Source: Chiloscyllium plagiosum
Lineage: Eukaryota
Assembly (NCBI RefSeq): GCF_004010195.1
Contig: NC_057747.1
Span: 13,712,747-13,776,746 of the forward strand
Length of the DNA stretch: 64,000 nt
Direction of reading: 5' to 3'
In this document: positions 12,686-25,588 of the stretch, in pieces
Layout: each line of letters starts with the position of its first letter
Numbering within the stretch: the first letter of the stretch is position 1
Program-made: the position numbers and the translations under genes
Notes under the pieces: model-generated
The model's input: only the letters and a program-made list of their open reading frames with translations
Databases searched by the model: none
What the model was told of the DNA's origin: nothing

Positions 12686-15600
12686 TTAACTGAACTATCC
12701 AAAGTCCAAGGTTTTATCCTCATACCTGAAATACTTACTTCTTTAAATCAATCGCTGCCAAATTTATATCAGGAGTTCCACATTTTGCTTTACCAACTTG
12801 GGTGAGTACAGGAAAATTTCTTGTTCATTTGCTCACTGGATGTGGATATCATTGGTTAAGCCAGAATTTTCTGCCCATCCTCAATAGTCCAGAGGGCACA
12901 TTGCTGTGGGTCTGGAGTCACATCTAGAATAGCCCAGGTAAGGTTGGCAGGTTTCCTTCCCTAAAGGACATCCATGAACCAGATGAGCTTATCCAATATT
13001 CGATCATGGTCACATGGTCACTATTAACCTCGCTCTTTATTTCAGATTTTAATTGATTTAAGATTTCACCATTTGCCACGGTGAGACTCACACCCATGTC
13101 CCCAGAACATCAGCCTGCGATTCTGGACTATTAGGATAGACACTGCCACTATACCACTGCCTATCCAGTTGGGCCACCATGATAGATATTTAGGAATCTC
13201 TTCAGGAAGTCTATGTTAGGATGTTCAGGAACCTTTCAAGTTTAACTAGTTTTCTGTATCATAAATGATCTAGTCAGACCTGTGGCACAAAAGTGGCAAA
13301 TCTTGAAAGTTAGAATTAATTGAAACAAAAGGCAATGGAGTTGTTTCTTCGAGCGTAAAATGAGACCGCCAATTTACAGACTACCTGTACTTAAATCAAA
13401 CTCCTGAAAGCTAAAATCCATCCTTCACAACCATTCCCATGTCACAAGATATTAGGACAGGCACACAACAACTTGATTAAAGAGGTGAGGATAAGGAACA
13501 TCTCAAAGAAGAGGTTTAGAGAATAAGTTTGGGCAGCATGAGGTAGCTAGGAATGTGGCCATCAATGATGGAATGAAGGAAATTGGCCTGCAGGAGACCA
13601 GAATTAGAGGATTGCAGATATCCCAGAGGTGAGTTTGGGGAAGGGCTCGAGGAGATTACAGAGGTAGGTAAAGCTGAGGCAAAGGAGGGATTTGAAACCA
13701 AGGATAAGAATTTTAAAAATGAGGTCAGAAAGCAATGTGGATATGATGGGTAGATGGGACTTGGTACGAGTTACGATACAAACAGCAGAGTATTATTACA
13801 GCAGGCCCTGTCAATATAGTTATTTTTCACAAACCATACAGCAGTTCAGTACAACAGAAAATATATAGCTGGATTTACTACAAAGCAGAATTCATTTCTA
13901 CCCCAAAACTGCCTTAATATCACTCACTATTAATGCTAAAGAAAAGACTAATTCACAACATGTTTCTTGGCTGTTGAAGTTCGAGGCTTGTAACTAATTG
14001 GCAATGTAAAATGTGGCTTCGATGTAACCACAAGCAAGTAAACTCAATACTCAAATGTTAGTTTAAGGCGAGGTAGTCCATGTGTAAAACACAAACAGAG
14101 ATGGGATAATTACCCAAAAAGAACATCCATACAACAGTGTATTTCTGTAATGGTGGAGTTGCACTGAGAAAGTGGATTGTCCCAATTGTTGATGAGTTAA
14201 TTCTATTGTGAAAAAACCCTCTTTGATTAATTCTTCTTAATATTCATGAAATATATTTGAATGTCAAAGCTTTTACTGCAGTTATGTCATTCTCAGGAGC
14301 TTAGAAATTCGGGCCGTCTTTGAACAAAGTAAAAACAATTGACATTGATTTTGCAGTAACCAACTCTCAAAGTTTCGTTCAGATGGCACCAGGAATGAAA
14401 TTTGCTCATAGCCTCTTTTGTGTATCTCACTCAAAAATAATGTGTAAACCAAACAAGGTTAACACCAACCAGGCATAGTGTCCTTGGTTGAAAACATTTC
14501 TTCTCTCAATCGTGAGCTGAATAAGCCACCCATAGACATTCTTCTCATGCCATCACCCATAGGTGGACAATGAATGACCATTTAAGGGCTGCCAGAGGTA
14601 TTAATCTAGTTGCCGTGAAACAATGTGTCACCTCCTTGGTGCGATGCAGTGGTCATCAATCAAAGGCACTTAGTGTCATTAGGTTGGGGGGCACCTGCAG
14701 AGAGCTCCATTTCCTTTGGGGTTTTTTTTGTTTTTTTACCCCCACACTACCACCTAACTGCGGTAGTGCTTATTTTTTTCACCAGCACCTATGTTGTGTG
14801 CGTGTGCAGGTGTGAGACACAGTGAAAGACACAAGGTGACCATTCCCTTTGTTAATATAAGCAAATATTTAAACAGCTGATTGGGGTTAACTGATTAATT
14901 GACTGGGTCAACTGAAGGAGGAACTGATGGGATTGGAAGGAGCTGTAAGAGTGAGTAGTTAGTAAGCTCTATCCACAAAGCAAAGTGTCTCGATAACTGT
15001 CTCACCAACTGGCCTGGGTCCATTTGGACATTTGGCAGCAGGGGATAATTAACGAAAGAAGAAGATTGGAAACTAAGAGTTCTTTTCAGACAGAGTATCA
15101 TAATTGGAGTTTCTTTTAAGAAGAATGGCTGAAACCAAATGTAAAATGATGGGATACACTTGCCCAGTATGTGAAGATGAACCTTAGGATCAGTGGAAAA
15201 TGAAGTGGATAAATTTGCATGGGTTATATTCTTATAAAAGAAACAAATGAGGTCTGGCCTTGCCACTGTCATTTCCTACTAGGATCAGGTGTAAAGTATT
15301 CTCAGAGCTCGGGGCTCAAGAATTGGACACTGAGGAAGGTTTAGATAATCTATTCACATTTAAGGACTAAATCTATGTGCAAGATGATCTGTTAAATGCA
15401 TGGTCAGACGTTGATTAATTTAGATTAATATATAATCGACTATATTCAAGATTGGAAAACTCTATTTAGAGATTAACAACTAAGTGTTTTCCTTTAAATT
15501 GTTGGACTGTGCTAAGACATCAAACATTGATAGACTTAGGAATAGCTGAAGTTAGATTTCTAGAAAGAAACGCACTTTCAGGGCAGATGTCAGAAGCCTT

Positions 15601-16059
15601 AAAAAGATTCCCAGGAAAACATTAATTCCCAGTGTTCTTCATGTCTCACAAAGGAAATTCAGCAACAACAGAAAGAACAAACAATCCAATGGTAATGGAA
15701 CTGAAAGATAATCCAGATACACGCAGGCAACATCAATGCAAAAGGAAAATGATAAATAAAAGAAACAAGGATGGAGATAACTCTGACAGTTCTAACAAGA
15801 AACAGCAGCTGGAGAACTAAACAGACAACTGAGCCTCAGGAATTGCAGGGGTATGGTCAGGTGGAATGGATTGGAAAAAATGTTCCCAAGATTCTTTTAA
15901 GACCAAAGACTGAAGTAAGGTAAACAAATTTGAGAATTTTACTTACTTCAAGTTTGAGAAGAGCAACGTCCTGAAATGACTAAAAGGATTGATGATTCCT
16001 TGTCACATCGCTGGAGTAAACCACTTTATCAGTACAGGCACAGTGTGTCAAGTGTCAAG

Positions 16060-18088
16060 AAACAAAGTTGGGTCAGATGGTGTAGAATCTGTGTGGATAA
16101 AATTGAGGAATCGCAAAGGTAAAAAAAAGCCATAGTTGGAGTTATGTACAGGCCTCCAAATAGTAGTCAGGAGTTATGCACAAAATACACCAGGAGATAG
16201 AGATCATGTGTTGGAAAGACAGTTACAGTGATAATGGGAGATTTCAATATTCAGGTGAACTGGGAAAATCACATTGGTAGTGGATTGCAAGAAAAGGAAT
16301 TTATGGAATGTCTACGATATGCTTTTTGGAGCAACTTGTAGTGGAGTCCACTAGGAAACAGGCAATACTGGATTTAGTGATGTACAATGAAGCAGACTTG
16401 ATAATGAAACTTAAGGTGAAGGAACTCTGAGGAGGCAGTGATCATAATATGATTGAATTTACTCTGCAATTTGAGAGGGAGAATCAGAGGTAATGGTATT
16501 ACAGCTGAATAAATGCAACTACAGTGGCATGAGGGAGGAGCTGGGTAGAATTGACTGGGAGAGGAGTCTAGCAGGAAAGACAGTGGAACAGCAATGGCAG
16601 GAGTTTCTGGGAGTAATTCAGGAGACACAGCAGAGTTTCATCCTGAGGAAAATGAAGCATGGCACAGGGAGGGATGAGGCAACCATGGCTGACTAGGGAA
16701 GTCATAAAAGTCATAGCATAAAAGCAAAAGAGAAAACATATAATATGGTGAAAGGCATTGGGAAGCTTACAAAGACCAATAGAGGGCAACAAAAAATGAA
16801 ATAAGGAGAGAGAAAATGAAATATGAAGGTAAGCTAGCCAGTAATATAAAGGAAGACTGCTGGAAATTGACGCTGGAGAGCTGGTAGTGGGGAGCAAGGA
16901 AATGGCTGAGGAATTGAATAATTACTCTACATCAGTCATCACGGTGGAAGATATGAGCAATATCCCAAAAATTCAAGAGTGAGGGGACAGAGCTGAGTAT
17001 GGTGGCCATCACCAAGGAGAAGGTGTGAGAAAAGCTGAACGGCCTGAAGGTGGATAAGTCATCTGGACCAGATGGACTACACCCCAGAGTTCTAAGAGAG
17101 TTAGCTGAAGAGATAGTGGAGGCATTAGTGGTGATCGTTCAGGAATCCCTAGAATCAGGGAGGGTCCCAGAGGACTGGAAAATCACTAACGTAACACCCC
17201 GGTTAAAAGGGGAGTAATGCAAAAATGGAAAATTACAGACTGATTAGCCTAACCCCGGTTGTGGGTAAGATCCTGGAATCCATTGTGAAGGATGAGATTT
17301 CCAAATACTTGGAAGTGTATGGTAAAATAGGGCAAAGTCAGCATGGTTTCATCAAGGGGAGATCATGCCTGACAAAACTGCTGGGATTCTTTGAGGAAGT
17401 AACAAGCAGGTTAGACCAAGGGGAGCCAATGGATGTCACCTACCTGGACTTCAAGAAGGCCTTTGACAAGATGCTGCACATGAGGCTACTGAGTAAGATT
17501 AGGACCCATGGTGTCAGAGATAAGGTGCTAGCATGGATAGAAGTTTGGCTGTCTGGCAGAAAGCAGAGAGTGGGGATAAAAAAGGTCCTTCTCAGGATGG
17601 CAGCTGATGACATGTGATGTTCTGCAAAATCAGTGTTGGGACCACATCTTTTCACTTTATACATTAACAATCTAGATGAAGGAACCAGAGACCATTCTGG
17701 CTAAGTTTGCAGATGATACAAAGATAGGTAGAGGGCCAGTTAGCATTGAGAAGGTGGGGAGGCTGCAGAAGTATTTGGACGGGTTAGGAGAGCAGGCAAA
17801 GAAGTGGCAGATGGAATACAATGTAGAAAAGAGTGAGGTCATGCACTTTGGTAGGAAGAATAGAAGCATTGACTATTTTCTAAATGGGGAGAAAATTCAG
17901 AGGTCTGAAATGCAAAGGGACTTAGGAGGTTCTAGTCCAGGATTCTCTCAAAGTAAACTTGCAGATTGAGTCAATAGTTAGGAAGGCAAATGCAATGATG
18001 ACATTTATTTTGACAGGACTTGAATATAAAAGCAGAGATGTCCTTCTGAGGCTCAATAATGCCCTGATCAGACCACATCTGGAGTATT
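16060..18088 (+). mobile_element. CR1 LINE ORF2 fragment (EN-RT)
   Basis: MGDFN, NYRLISLT, QHGF, YLDFKKAFD and KFADDTK motifs. Confidence 0.88.
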
Positions 18089-18099
18089 GGAAAGGAGGA

Positions 18100-19715
18100 G
18101 TCAGAGATGGATCAGATGGAAGTCCATTTCATCTGGTAATCTCCATACTGCTCGCTTCTACCTCCTTCCGAAAATCCACAAACAGGACTGCCCCAGTAGA
18201 CCCATTATTTCTGCCTGCCCCTGCCCCACCGAACTTATCTCTTCCTACCTTGACATGGTCTTTTCTCCTCTGATCCAGTCCCTGCCCATTTACACCTGCG
18301 ATTCCACTGATTCTTTACGCCAGTTTAAGAATTTCCAGTTTGCAGGCTGCAGCCACCTCCTTTTAACAATAGATGTGCAATCCCTTTACACATCCATCCC
18401 CATCAAAATGGTCTAAAGGCTCTCCAATTCTTCCTGGAACAAAGGCCTAAACTGTCCCAGCCTACCACTACCCTCTTCCTCCTGGCTGAGTTCATCCTCA
18501 TCCTCAACAAGTTTTCTTTTATCTCTTCTGATTTTCTTCAGGGCAGAGGGTTGGCCGTGGGTACCCTAGTTATGCCTGTCTCTTTGTGGGCTACATGGAA
18601 CGTTATTTGTTCTAGTCCTATCCCAGACCCCACCCACAACTCTTTCTCCGATATATTGACGATACCATTGGTGCAGCTTCCCTCTCTTATCCAGAATTGG
18701 AAAGGTTCATCAATTTCGCTTCCAATTTCCACCTCACCCTCACTTTCACCTGGTTCTATCTCTGACTTCTCCCTTCCCTTCCTCGTCATCTCTATTTCTA
18801 TTTCTGGGCATAGACTGGCCATTAATATCCACCATAAACCCACTGAGTCCCACAGTTACCAAAACTATACATTCTCACACCCTGCTTCCTGTATAGACTC
18901 TATTCTCCTAGTTCCTCCGTCTCCGTTGCATATGTTCCAATGAGGCCACCTTCAACAAGGGAACCTCTGAAATGCCCACTTTCTTCCTCAACTGAGGGTT
19001 CCCTAGCACCGTTGTTGACAGGGCCCTCAACCAGGTCTGACTGATCTCCTGGCCTCACCCCTTTTCGTCCTTCCTGCAACAGCACTAGGGTTCCCCTTGT
19101 CCATTCCTGAAGAAGGGCTAATGCCCGAAACGTCGATTCTCCTGTTCCCTAGATGCTGCCTGACCTGATGCGCTTTTCCAGCAACACATTTCCATCTCTG
19201 ATCTCCAGCATCTGCAGACCTCACTTTCTCCTTCCCCTTGTCCTTATCTACCATCCCAACAGCATCCACATCAGAAGATCATTAGCCACCATTTCCACTA
19301 TCTCCAGCAAGATACCACCACCAGACACATATTCTCCTATCCTATCTTGTCCACCTTCTGCAGAGACCATTCCTTCCAGGGCACCTTGGTCCACTCTTCC
19401 TTCACTCCCAACACTCTCCACAGCCCCATGGCACCTCCCCCTGCAATCACTGACAGTGTAAAACCTGCCCATTTACTTTTCCTCTCCTCCATGCCCACGG
19501 GCCCAAATATACCTTCCAGGTGAAGCAGCGCTTTACCTGCATTTCTCATAATCTAGTCTACTGCATTTGCTGCTCACAATGTGATCTCCTCTACATTGGG
19601 GAATCTAAGTGTCAACTGGGTGACCACTTCACAGAACATCTATGTTCTGTCTGCAAAAATGACCCTGAGCTTCCAGTTACCTGCCACTTCAACACACCAC
19701 CCTGTTCCCTGAGGG
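18100..19715 (+). mobile_element. Penelope-like element (RT and GIY-YIG endonuclease), decayed
   Basis: RT motifs FYLLPKIHK..RPIIS, DVQSLYTSIP and YIDD, followed by FTCISHNLVYCICCSQCDLLYIGES (GIY-YIG with CxxC, Neptune-like). Confidence 0.88.
19103..19138 (+). ncRNA. Minimal hammerhead ribozyme motif at the edge of the 129-bp insertion 19103-19231
   Basis: ATTC-CTGAAGA-A-GGGC(TAAT)GCCC-GAAAC-GTC-GATT. The insertion is flanked by a 12-bp TSD ttccccttgtcc at 19091-19102 and 19232-19243. Confidence 0.72.
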
Positions 19716-22274
19716 TAATTTAAGAAATAGATAAGACTGAGCAGTGAATAAACTTTATTTACTAAAACAGCTGCCTTGGTTTCTCTCTCTCTCCTGCAGG
19801 CCTGGATACATTTTGACATTGCAGCAGATCCATCTGAACCCTTTTGCTTGTGAGCTCCATACCACAAACCCTGCCACCCCCCTCCGACCCCAATATTTCA
19901 AAAGAGCTGCCAGTCCCTGACTAACTGGTGACCCTCAGTAGGTAAGACTTTCACCCCCAAGGGGATGCCTTCCACTGCTTAATTGTCTGTGGTTTGGTGA
20001 ACCTTCCCAAATAGAGACAGTGTGAGTCTCCAGCTGGCATGCAAAACCCTGAACATCTCAACAAGATTCCACCAGCTATTTAGTTTTTTGGAGTTTATTT
20101 CAAGCTACAAAAGCTAATATTAACAAATGTATTTTAATTTTAACAGGAGCTTTGTTAATCTCAGCAGAATCTGTTTTGATTCAATGAACAGAAAGAAATG
20201 TATAAACTTCACAAAAGATCAAGTCATACACTCACGACTAATTAATCAAAGCTGCATAATTCTACGTACAAAGTTAAAAAGTCAAGTTTGTGTTTTATTC
20301 ATGGGATTAAACCTTACTCTCTGTAGAATGAGCTGGTTGTGAATTTTAGTGCAGCGATGCAAACGGTGAAGCTGTGACATTTAAGATTGTGTGTGTAGGC
20401 ATTACACATTGTTAAGCTACAGCATTTACAAAGGTTTTGGGATGTGTCAATCTCGCTGCACTATTATCTATTCGGTAGGTATCACAGCTCCAAAAAGAAA
20501 ACGGTATTAATAAAGGGAATAAAATATTTATTCTGTCTAGAAAGTTCCACACCGAAAGACCACAGCATCAAACTGATTTTAGTAGCCAGTAAATTAGATC
20601 CCAAAACAAACCTGACTCCTGCAGTTGAAGGTATGATTAACAACAATCAAATCTAATGGCTTTCAGGAAGGGTCAGCAATTAGTTGTTATGTATTTAAAG
20701 GAAGATTCAGGTTTTGTTTTAAAATGTTTGACTACTCTTGTCATAAGGCACAAAGTAGCCGACCTCTCCTAGTGATATTGTGAGACTTGAACATAGTCTC
20801 ATTCTGAACAAGAAAACAGTGCACAACAGGATCAACAAAGGGCAGATGGCAGTGCAGGATGGAAGTGAAGTTCTATCCACCAAGGAAGATGAAAAAGCCC
20901 CAAAAAATTAAACCATTGTCTGTCAAAATTAACAACATGAATGGCAATTTCAGAGGGGACTTTTTTAGGAAATATATTAAATTAAGGTTCACCTGCCTGT
21001 TCGGGAATGAAAGATCACATGGCTCAAATTGAAAAAAGAGAACAGACATTCTCCCAGTATCCCACAACAACGTCAACGTTTCTCAGTTACAGTGAATCCA
21101 TAAAGTGCTGAGTCTGTGGAATTCCCAACAAAGGGAGTCCCAACCCACAAGACCACCCAGAAGATTTGACTCTACTTTGGGATTGTTGTGGAAGAATCAC
21201 TCAATATTCTGTAGGATTTGACATGCAGATCCTGGCCTAGATACAGCTATCCTGTCATACTTATATGTCAGAATAATCATGATTTTCAGGACCAAACTTT
21301 TTAAAACATATATTGATCACTACTGGTTCGAAGTACGGTAATTGAAATGTGATTGTTAATCAACCAATGGTCAGCAGGGGGAGTACTAAAGCAACATTCA
21401 CAGAATTTCACAGACTAGATCCTGATCCAATATAAATAAACTAAGAGCTATAGGTTGTTGGAAATCTGAAACAAAAACAGAAGTTGCAAGAAAAACTCAG
21501 TCGGTCTCACTGTATCTGTCAGGGGAAAACCCTCTGCTGAGGTTTTCCAGCAATTTCTGTTTTAGCTTCAGATCCTGATCCACTTCTGTGTTAATCTTTC
21601 CCCAACTCCATTCTTTCCCTCCTCTGACTGGGCATAGTTTCACAAGTGGCAGCTGCTCCCGATATGTTGTCCATATGGCCATTCCTCATGGGCGAGTCCT
21701 GGAGCTGGAGGAAGGAAAGCAAAGTTAACTGCCACTTTGCTGTTTCAAGTGTGAGCTGGTAATTTAGGGAGGAGCTGGTGTCACGGTAATGTTGCTGGAC
21801 ATATAATCCAGAATCCTAAACTAATGTCCTGGGGAGGTGGGCTCAGTCACAGCAGATATTTGAGTTGAATGAAATGATCTGTAGTTTTTTTTTAGCCCAA
21901 TCGCAATCACATAACCAGAGTCAGTTGGTTGGTAAAAACTCATCTGGTTCCCTAATACTTTTTAGGGAATGGAAATATGCCATCCTTACCTGGTCTGGCC
22001 TATGTGTGATTCCTGACCCACAGCAATGTGGTTGACTCTTAACTGTCCTCTTGGCAATTAGGGATGGGCAATAATTGCTACCCCAGCCAGCAATACCCAC
22101 ATCCTACAAACAGGTTTAAAAAAACTGTGTCCACTAGTTATATTCACCCAGTCTGTTCCATTTATAAAGCAGTTCACTGGGCACATACTGCCTGAATTTA
22201 ATGGGTCAATCTACAGGAAGTATTCAATTTCGAGCCATATAACTGCAAGTTGATCTTCTGTATTTTAAACATTG

Positions 22275-22487
22275 GAGAGAGTGAGGATTGCAGATGCTGA
22301 AGATCACAGTCAAAAGGTGTGGTGCTGGAAATGCACAGCCAGTCAGGCAGCATTCGAGGAGCAGGAGAGTCGACATTTTGAGCATAAGCTCTTCCTGATG
22401 AAGAGCGTACGCTCGAAGCGTTGACTCTCCTGCTCCTCGGATGCTGCCTGACCAGCTGTGCTTTTCCAGCACCACACATTTTGACTC
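22275..22487. mobile_element. Palindromic Penelope-derived insertion (family A variant)
   Basis: Inverted arms; core CTGATGA A GAGC(GTAC)GCTC GAAGC; near-perfect flanking duplication tgtaWtttaaacattg. Confidence 0.75.
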
Positions 22488-22735
22488 TGTAATTTAAACA
22501 TTGTCACTTATGTAACGAAACCAAATGAAAATCATGAGACATATTCCATCTGTTGAGATTGGTTAATAGTGCCCGTGGCTTGCCTACATCAATGTCTAAT
22601 TACCAAGTGGTTTTGTTCCGTCATTTTCAAGATTGTACGCACAGTGTTACAAATGACAAAAGATGTTACAATGTGCAAAATGATGCATTATGTCCAGTCA
22701 GTTAAAACAGTGTTTTGTTGCTTTCTCATCCTCAG

Positions 22736-22935
22736 GGAAGATCTTTGTCCACTGTGCATTTGGATACAGCAGGTCAGCCTCCTTAGTGCTGGCCTACCTA
22801 ATGATTTATCATCACCTTTCTCTGCTCGATGCAGTGAAAACAGTGACTTCTCGACGACGGATATTTCCCAATCGAGGTTTTTTAAAGCAGTTACGGAGGT
22901 TCGACATAAAATTACAGCAAGAAAGAATTGTTTGA
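22736..22935 (+). CDS. DUSP13A: Gene 1 DUSP13A-like, coding exon 3 (catalytic loop)
   Basis: Acceptor ctttctcatcctcag|GG. Encodes [33 protein letters not shown]...[11 protein letters not shown], with the HCx5RS, AYLM and PNxGF motifs, and ends in TGA. Spliced CDS is 585 nt = 194 aa. AATAAA at 23329. Confidence 0.92.
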
Positions 22936-23328
22936 GTTTTTTCCATCAATTGAAACCAAAATGTGGCTTTTTTGATAAGGATAATATTTATCAATATCTT
23001 TGTAGAGTATGGTTCACGCTCACTATTATAACCCTGATTTGTGCACCAGCAGCTAGAAGAGTTTGAATTCACACCACATTATCGGCAAAGATACTACATT
23101 TAGATTCTTATCTCAGTCAAAATGAACTTGTACCTGATTTGTAAATGTTTCTGCTTTTTATTTCATCACTACCTGAGCAACACAACACAAAATGGCCTGT
23201 GTCAACATCAATTTTGCAGCATTATCATATCCAAGACCTTGTAGTTATACAGGCCCCATCATAAACTGATTCTTTAATATTCTATTTGAATGTAATCAGC
23301 GATTTTCTATTGCTTTTCAAAAAAGATA

Positions 23329-23334
23329 AATAAA
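23329..23334 (+). terminator. Candidate polyadenylation signal, gene 1
   Basis: AATAAA about 390 nt after the stop codon, in an AT-rich 3' region. Confidence 0.5.
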
Positions 23335-24154
23335 TATTCAACTTATCATATGGACTGTCACATTCTATTTGGGATATTGCCATTCATAGTAGTGAAGCTA
23401 GGTTACTTGGTGAATGTTTTATGTGTTTAATCCAGTGGCTCAATTTCGCAATGGTTTGTTGTCACCTTGTGATTCAAACCATTTGTTTTAATTAAGACCT
23501 TTTTTTAAGGCTCAGACATTGACCTAATGATCTAAATGACCTAATGTCTTTGAGGGTTGACTTGAAAGTTTGTTGGCGCAACATTCATCTTAAAGACTCA
23601 AGCACTTCACCTATTGCAGTACTGATGGAGTGCTGCAATATGGGATGTGCTTTTTCCTTCCCTGTAATTAATTAAACATTTAATTTTCAGTTGAAAATAA
23701 AGATCTTGTGGCCCTATCAAAAAGGGCAGAGGAGTTTCACTGATGGGCAACATTTATCCCTCGGTAAAAACAAGGACTGCAGATACACATTTATCCCTCA
23801 CCTAACGACATAGCCCATGTATCTCATAGCTGTTTGTCGGGATCTTTGGGTGCAAATTCATTGGCGTGTTTGTCTATATATGTGATAGTGACTGGACTTC
23901 CAAAGTGATTCATTGCTTTGAAGCCCATTCTGAGAAAAAGAAGTGGGGGGAGGGGAGCCTGGATGGGCCGTTTGCCCTCCAAGGAGCTGGGACACTATTA
24001 CCATTTTAGGCCACAGCTGAGCCCTGATCCTCTTTTATTTGGGTTTTGTTTTCTGTCAATTTTTAAATGGACCAGACCAACTGATCCACGTCAGATGCCA
24101 TATGACTTGCCCTTCATCTTTCCCTAGAACATCTTGACACCAAGAACAGCCATG

Positions 24155-25588
24155 TTGAAGGCTGACTACAGTTCCACCTTCAACACTATTATCCCATCGA
24201 GACTGATGACTAAACTTAGAGATCTCGGACTAAGCCTCACTCTCTGCATCTGGATCCTCAGTTTCCTGACCCACAGGCCACAATCAGGGAAGATTGGGGA
24301 CAATATTTCATCCTCACTAACACTCAACACTGGAGCCCCCCAGGGTGCATACTTAGCCCTCTACTGTACTCACTGTGCATCCATGACTGGGTCACCAAAT
24401 ACCAGACTAATGTCATTTACAAGTTCGCTGATGACACCACCATAGTCGGTTGAATCTCCGATGGTGATGAAACAGACTACAGACAGGAGGTGGAAGAGGT
24501 GCACAGAGAACAACCTAGTTCTCAAAGCCGGCAAAACCAAGGAACTCATATTGATTTTCGGCGGGATGTTACTCATGCCCTCCCTACACATTAACAGCAC
24601 AGAGGTGAAATGAGTGGAGAGTGTCAAGCTCCTGGGAGTGGTTATTCACAAGCTTTCTTGGACTCTTCATGTGAACACACTGGCTACAAAGGCCCAACAA
24701 TGTCTCTTCTTCTTCAGGCACCTGAGGAAATTTGGCATGATGGCAAATACACTTGCCAACTTTTATTAAAGCGTCATCGAGAGCATTCTGTCTGAATGTA
24801 TCACTACCTATGGCAACTGTACCACTCAAGATGAGACGGTTACAGAGAGTGGTGAACTCGGCCCGGATAATCGCAAAGGCCAACCTCCCATCTATAGAAT
24901 CCATCTACCAGGCCCGCTGTCAAGGAAAGGCCACCAGCATTCTCAAAGATCCATCCTATCCTGGCAATGTTTTTCTACAACCTCTACCATTGGAGTTTGC
25001 ACATTCTCCCTGTGTCTGTGTGCGTTTCCTCCGGGTGCTCTGGTTTCCTCCCGCAGTCCAAAGACGTGCAGGTCAGGTAAATTGGCCTTGCTAAATTGCT
25101 TATAGTGCTAAGTACAAAGTTTGTGCGAAGATTTGTAGCTCGGGTGCTCGTTGCTCGGCGAACAGAACCACAACAACAGTGCTAAGTACATTTGACAGAG
25201 GGAAATGGGTCTGGGTGGGTAACTCTTCAGAGGGTTGGTGTGGACTGGTTGGGCCAAATGGCCTGTTTCCACACTGTAGGGAATCTAATCTAATCTAATC
25301 TAATCTAATCAATTCTAATCTAATCAGGGAGAAAGTACAGAAGCCTGAACACATGCACCAGCCGGTTTCGTAACAGTTTCTACCCTACTGTTGTTAGAAT
25401 ACTGAATGTACTCACAAACTCTTAACATTCACCTGTACCTGTGTTTTTGTTCTTGCCACTGTTTACTTATTATTTGCTTATCTATGCTACTTAACTATGT
25501 GATTTGCCTGTATTGCTCGCAAGACAAAGCTTCTTGCTGTGCCTCAGTACACATGACAATAAATTAAATTCAATTCAATTCAATTCAA
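24155..25588 (+). mobile_element. Rex1/Babar-type LINE 3' portion
   Basis: [11 protein letters not shown]...TGAPQG and KFADDTT motifs, (caatt)n tail. A second 3'-end copy lies at about 34105-34325. Confidence 0.75.
24990..25325 (+). mobile_element. 5'-truncated V-SINE nested in the Rex1/Babar LINE
   Basis: V-domain followed by a (taatc)n tail at 25282-25325. Confidence 0.8.

Noticed and set aside
14735-14770. U1 snRNA-like fragment (ccccacactaccac)
   Set aside because: The match is very short with no further U1 similarity, and it probably belongs to a LINE remnant.
18100-19715. Active autonomous Penelope element
   Set aside because: It has multiple stops and frameshifts, a 5' truncation and an internal insertion.
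22569-23066. 165-aa ORF overlapping gene 1 exon 3 in another frame
   Set aside because: It has a non-ATG start, spans intron and UTR, and shows no recognisable motifs, so it is most likely a chance shadow ORF.
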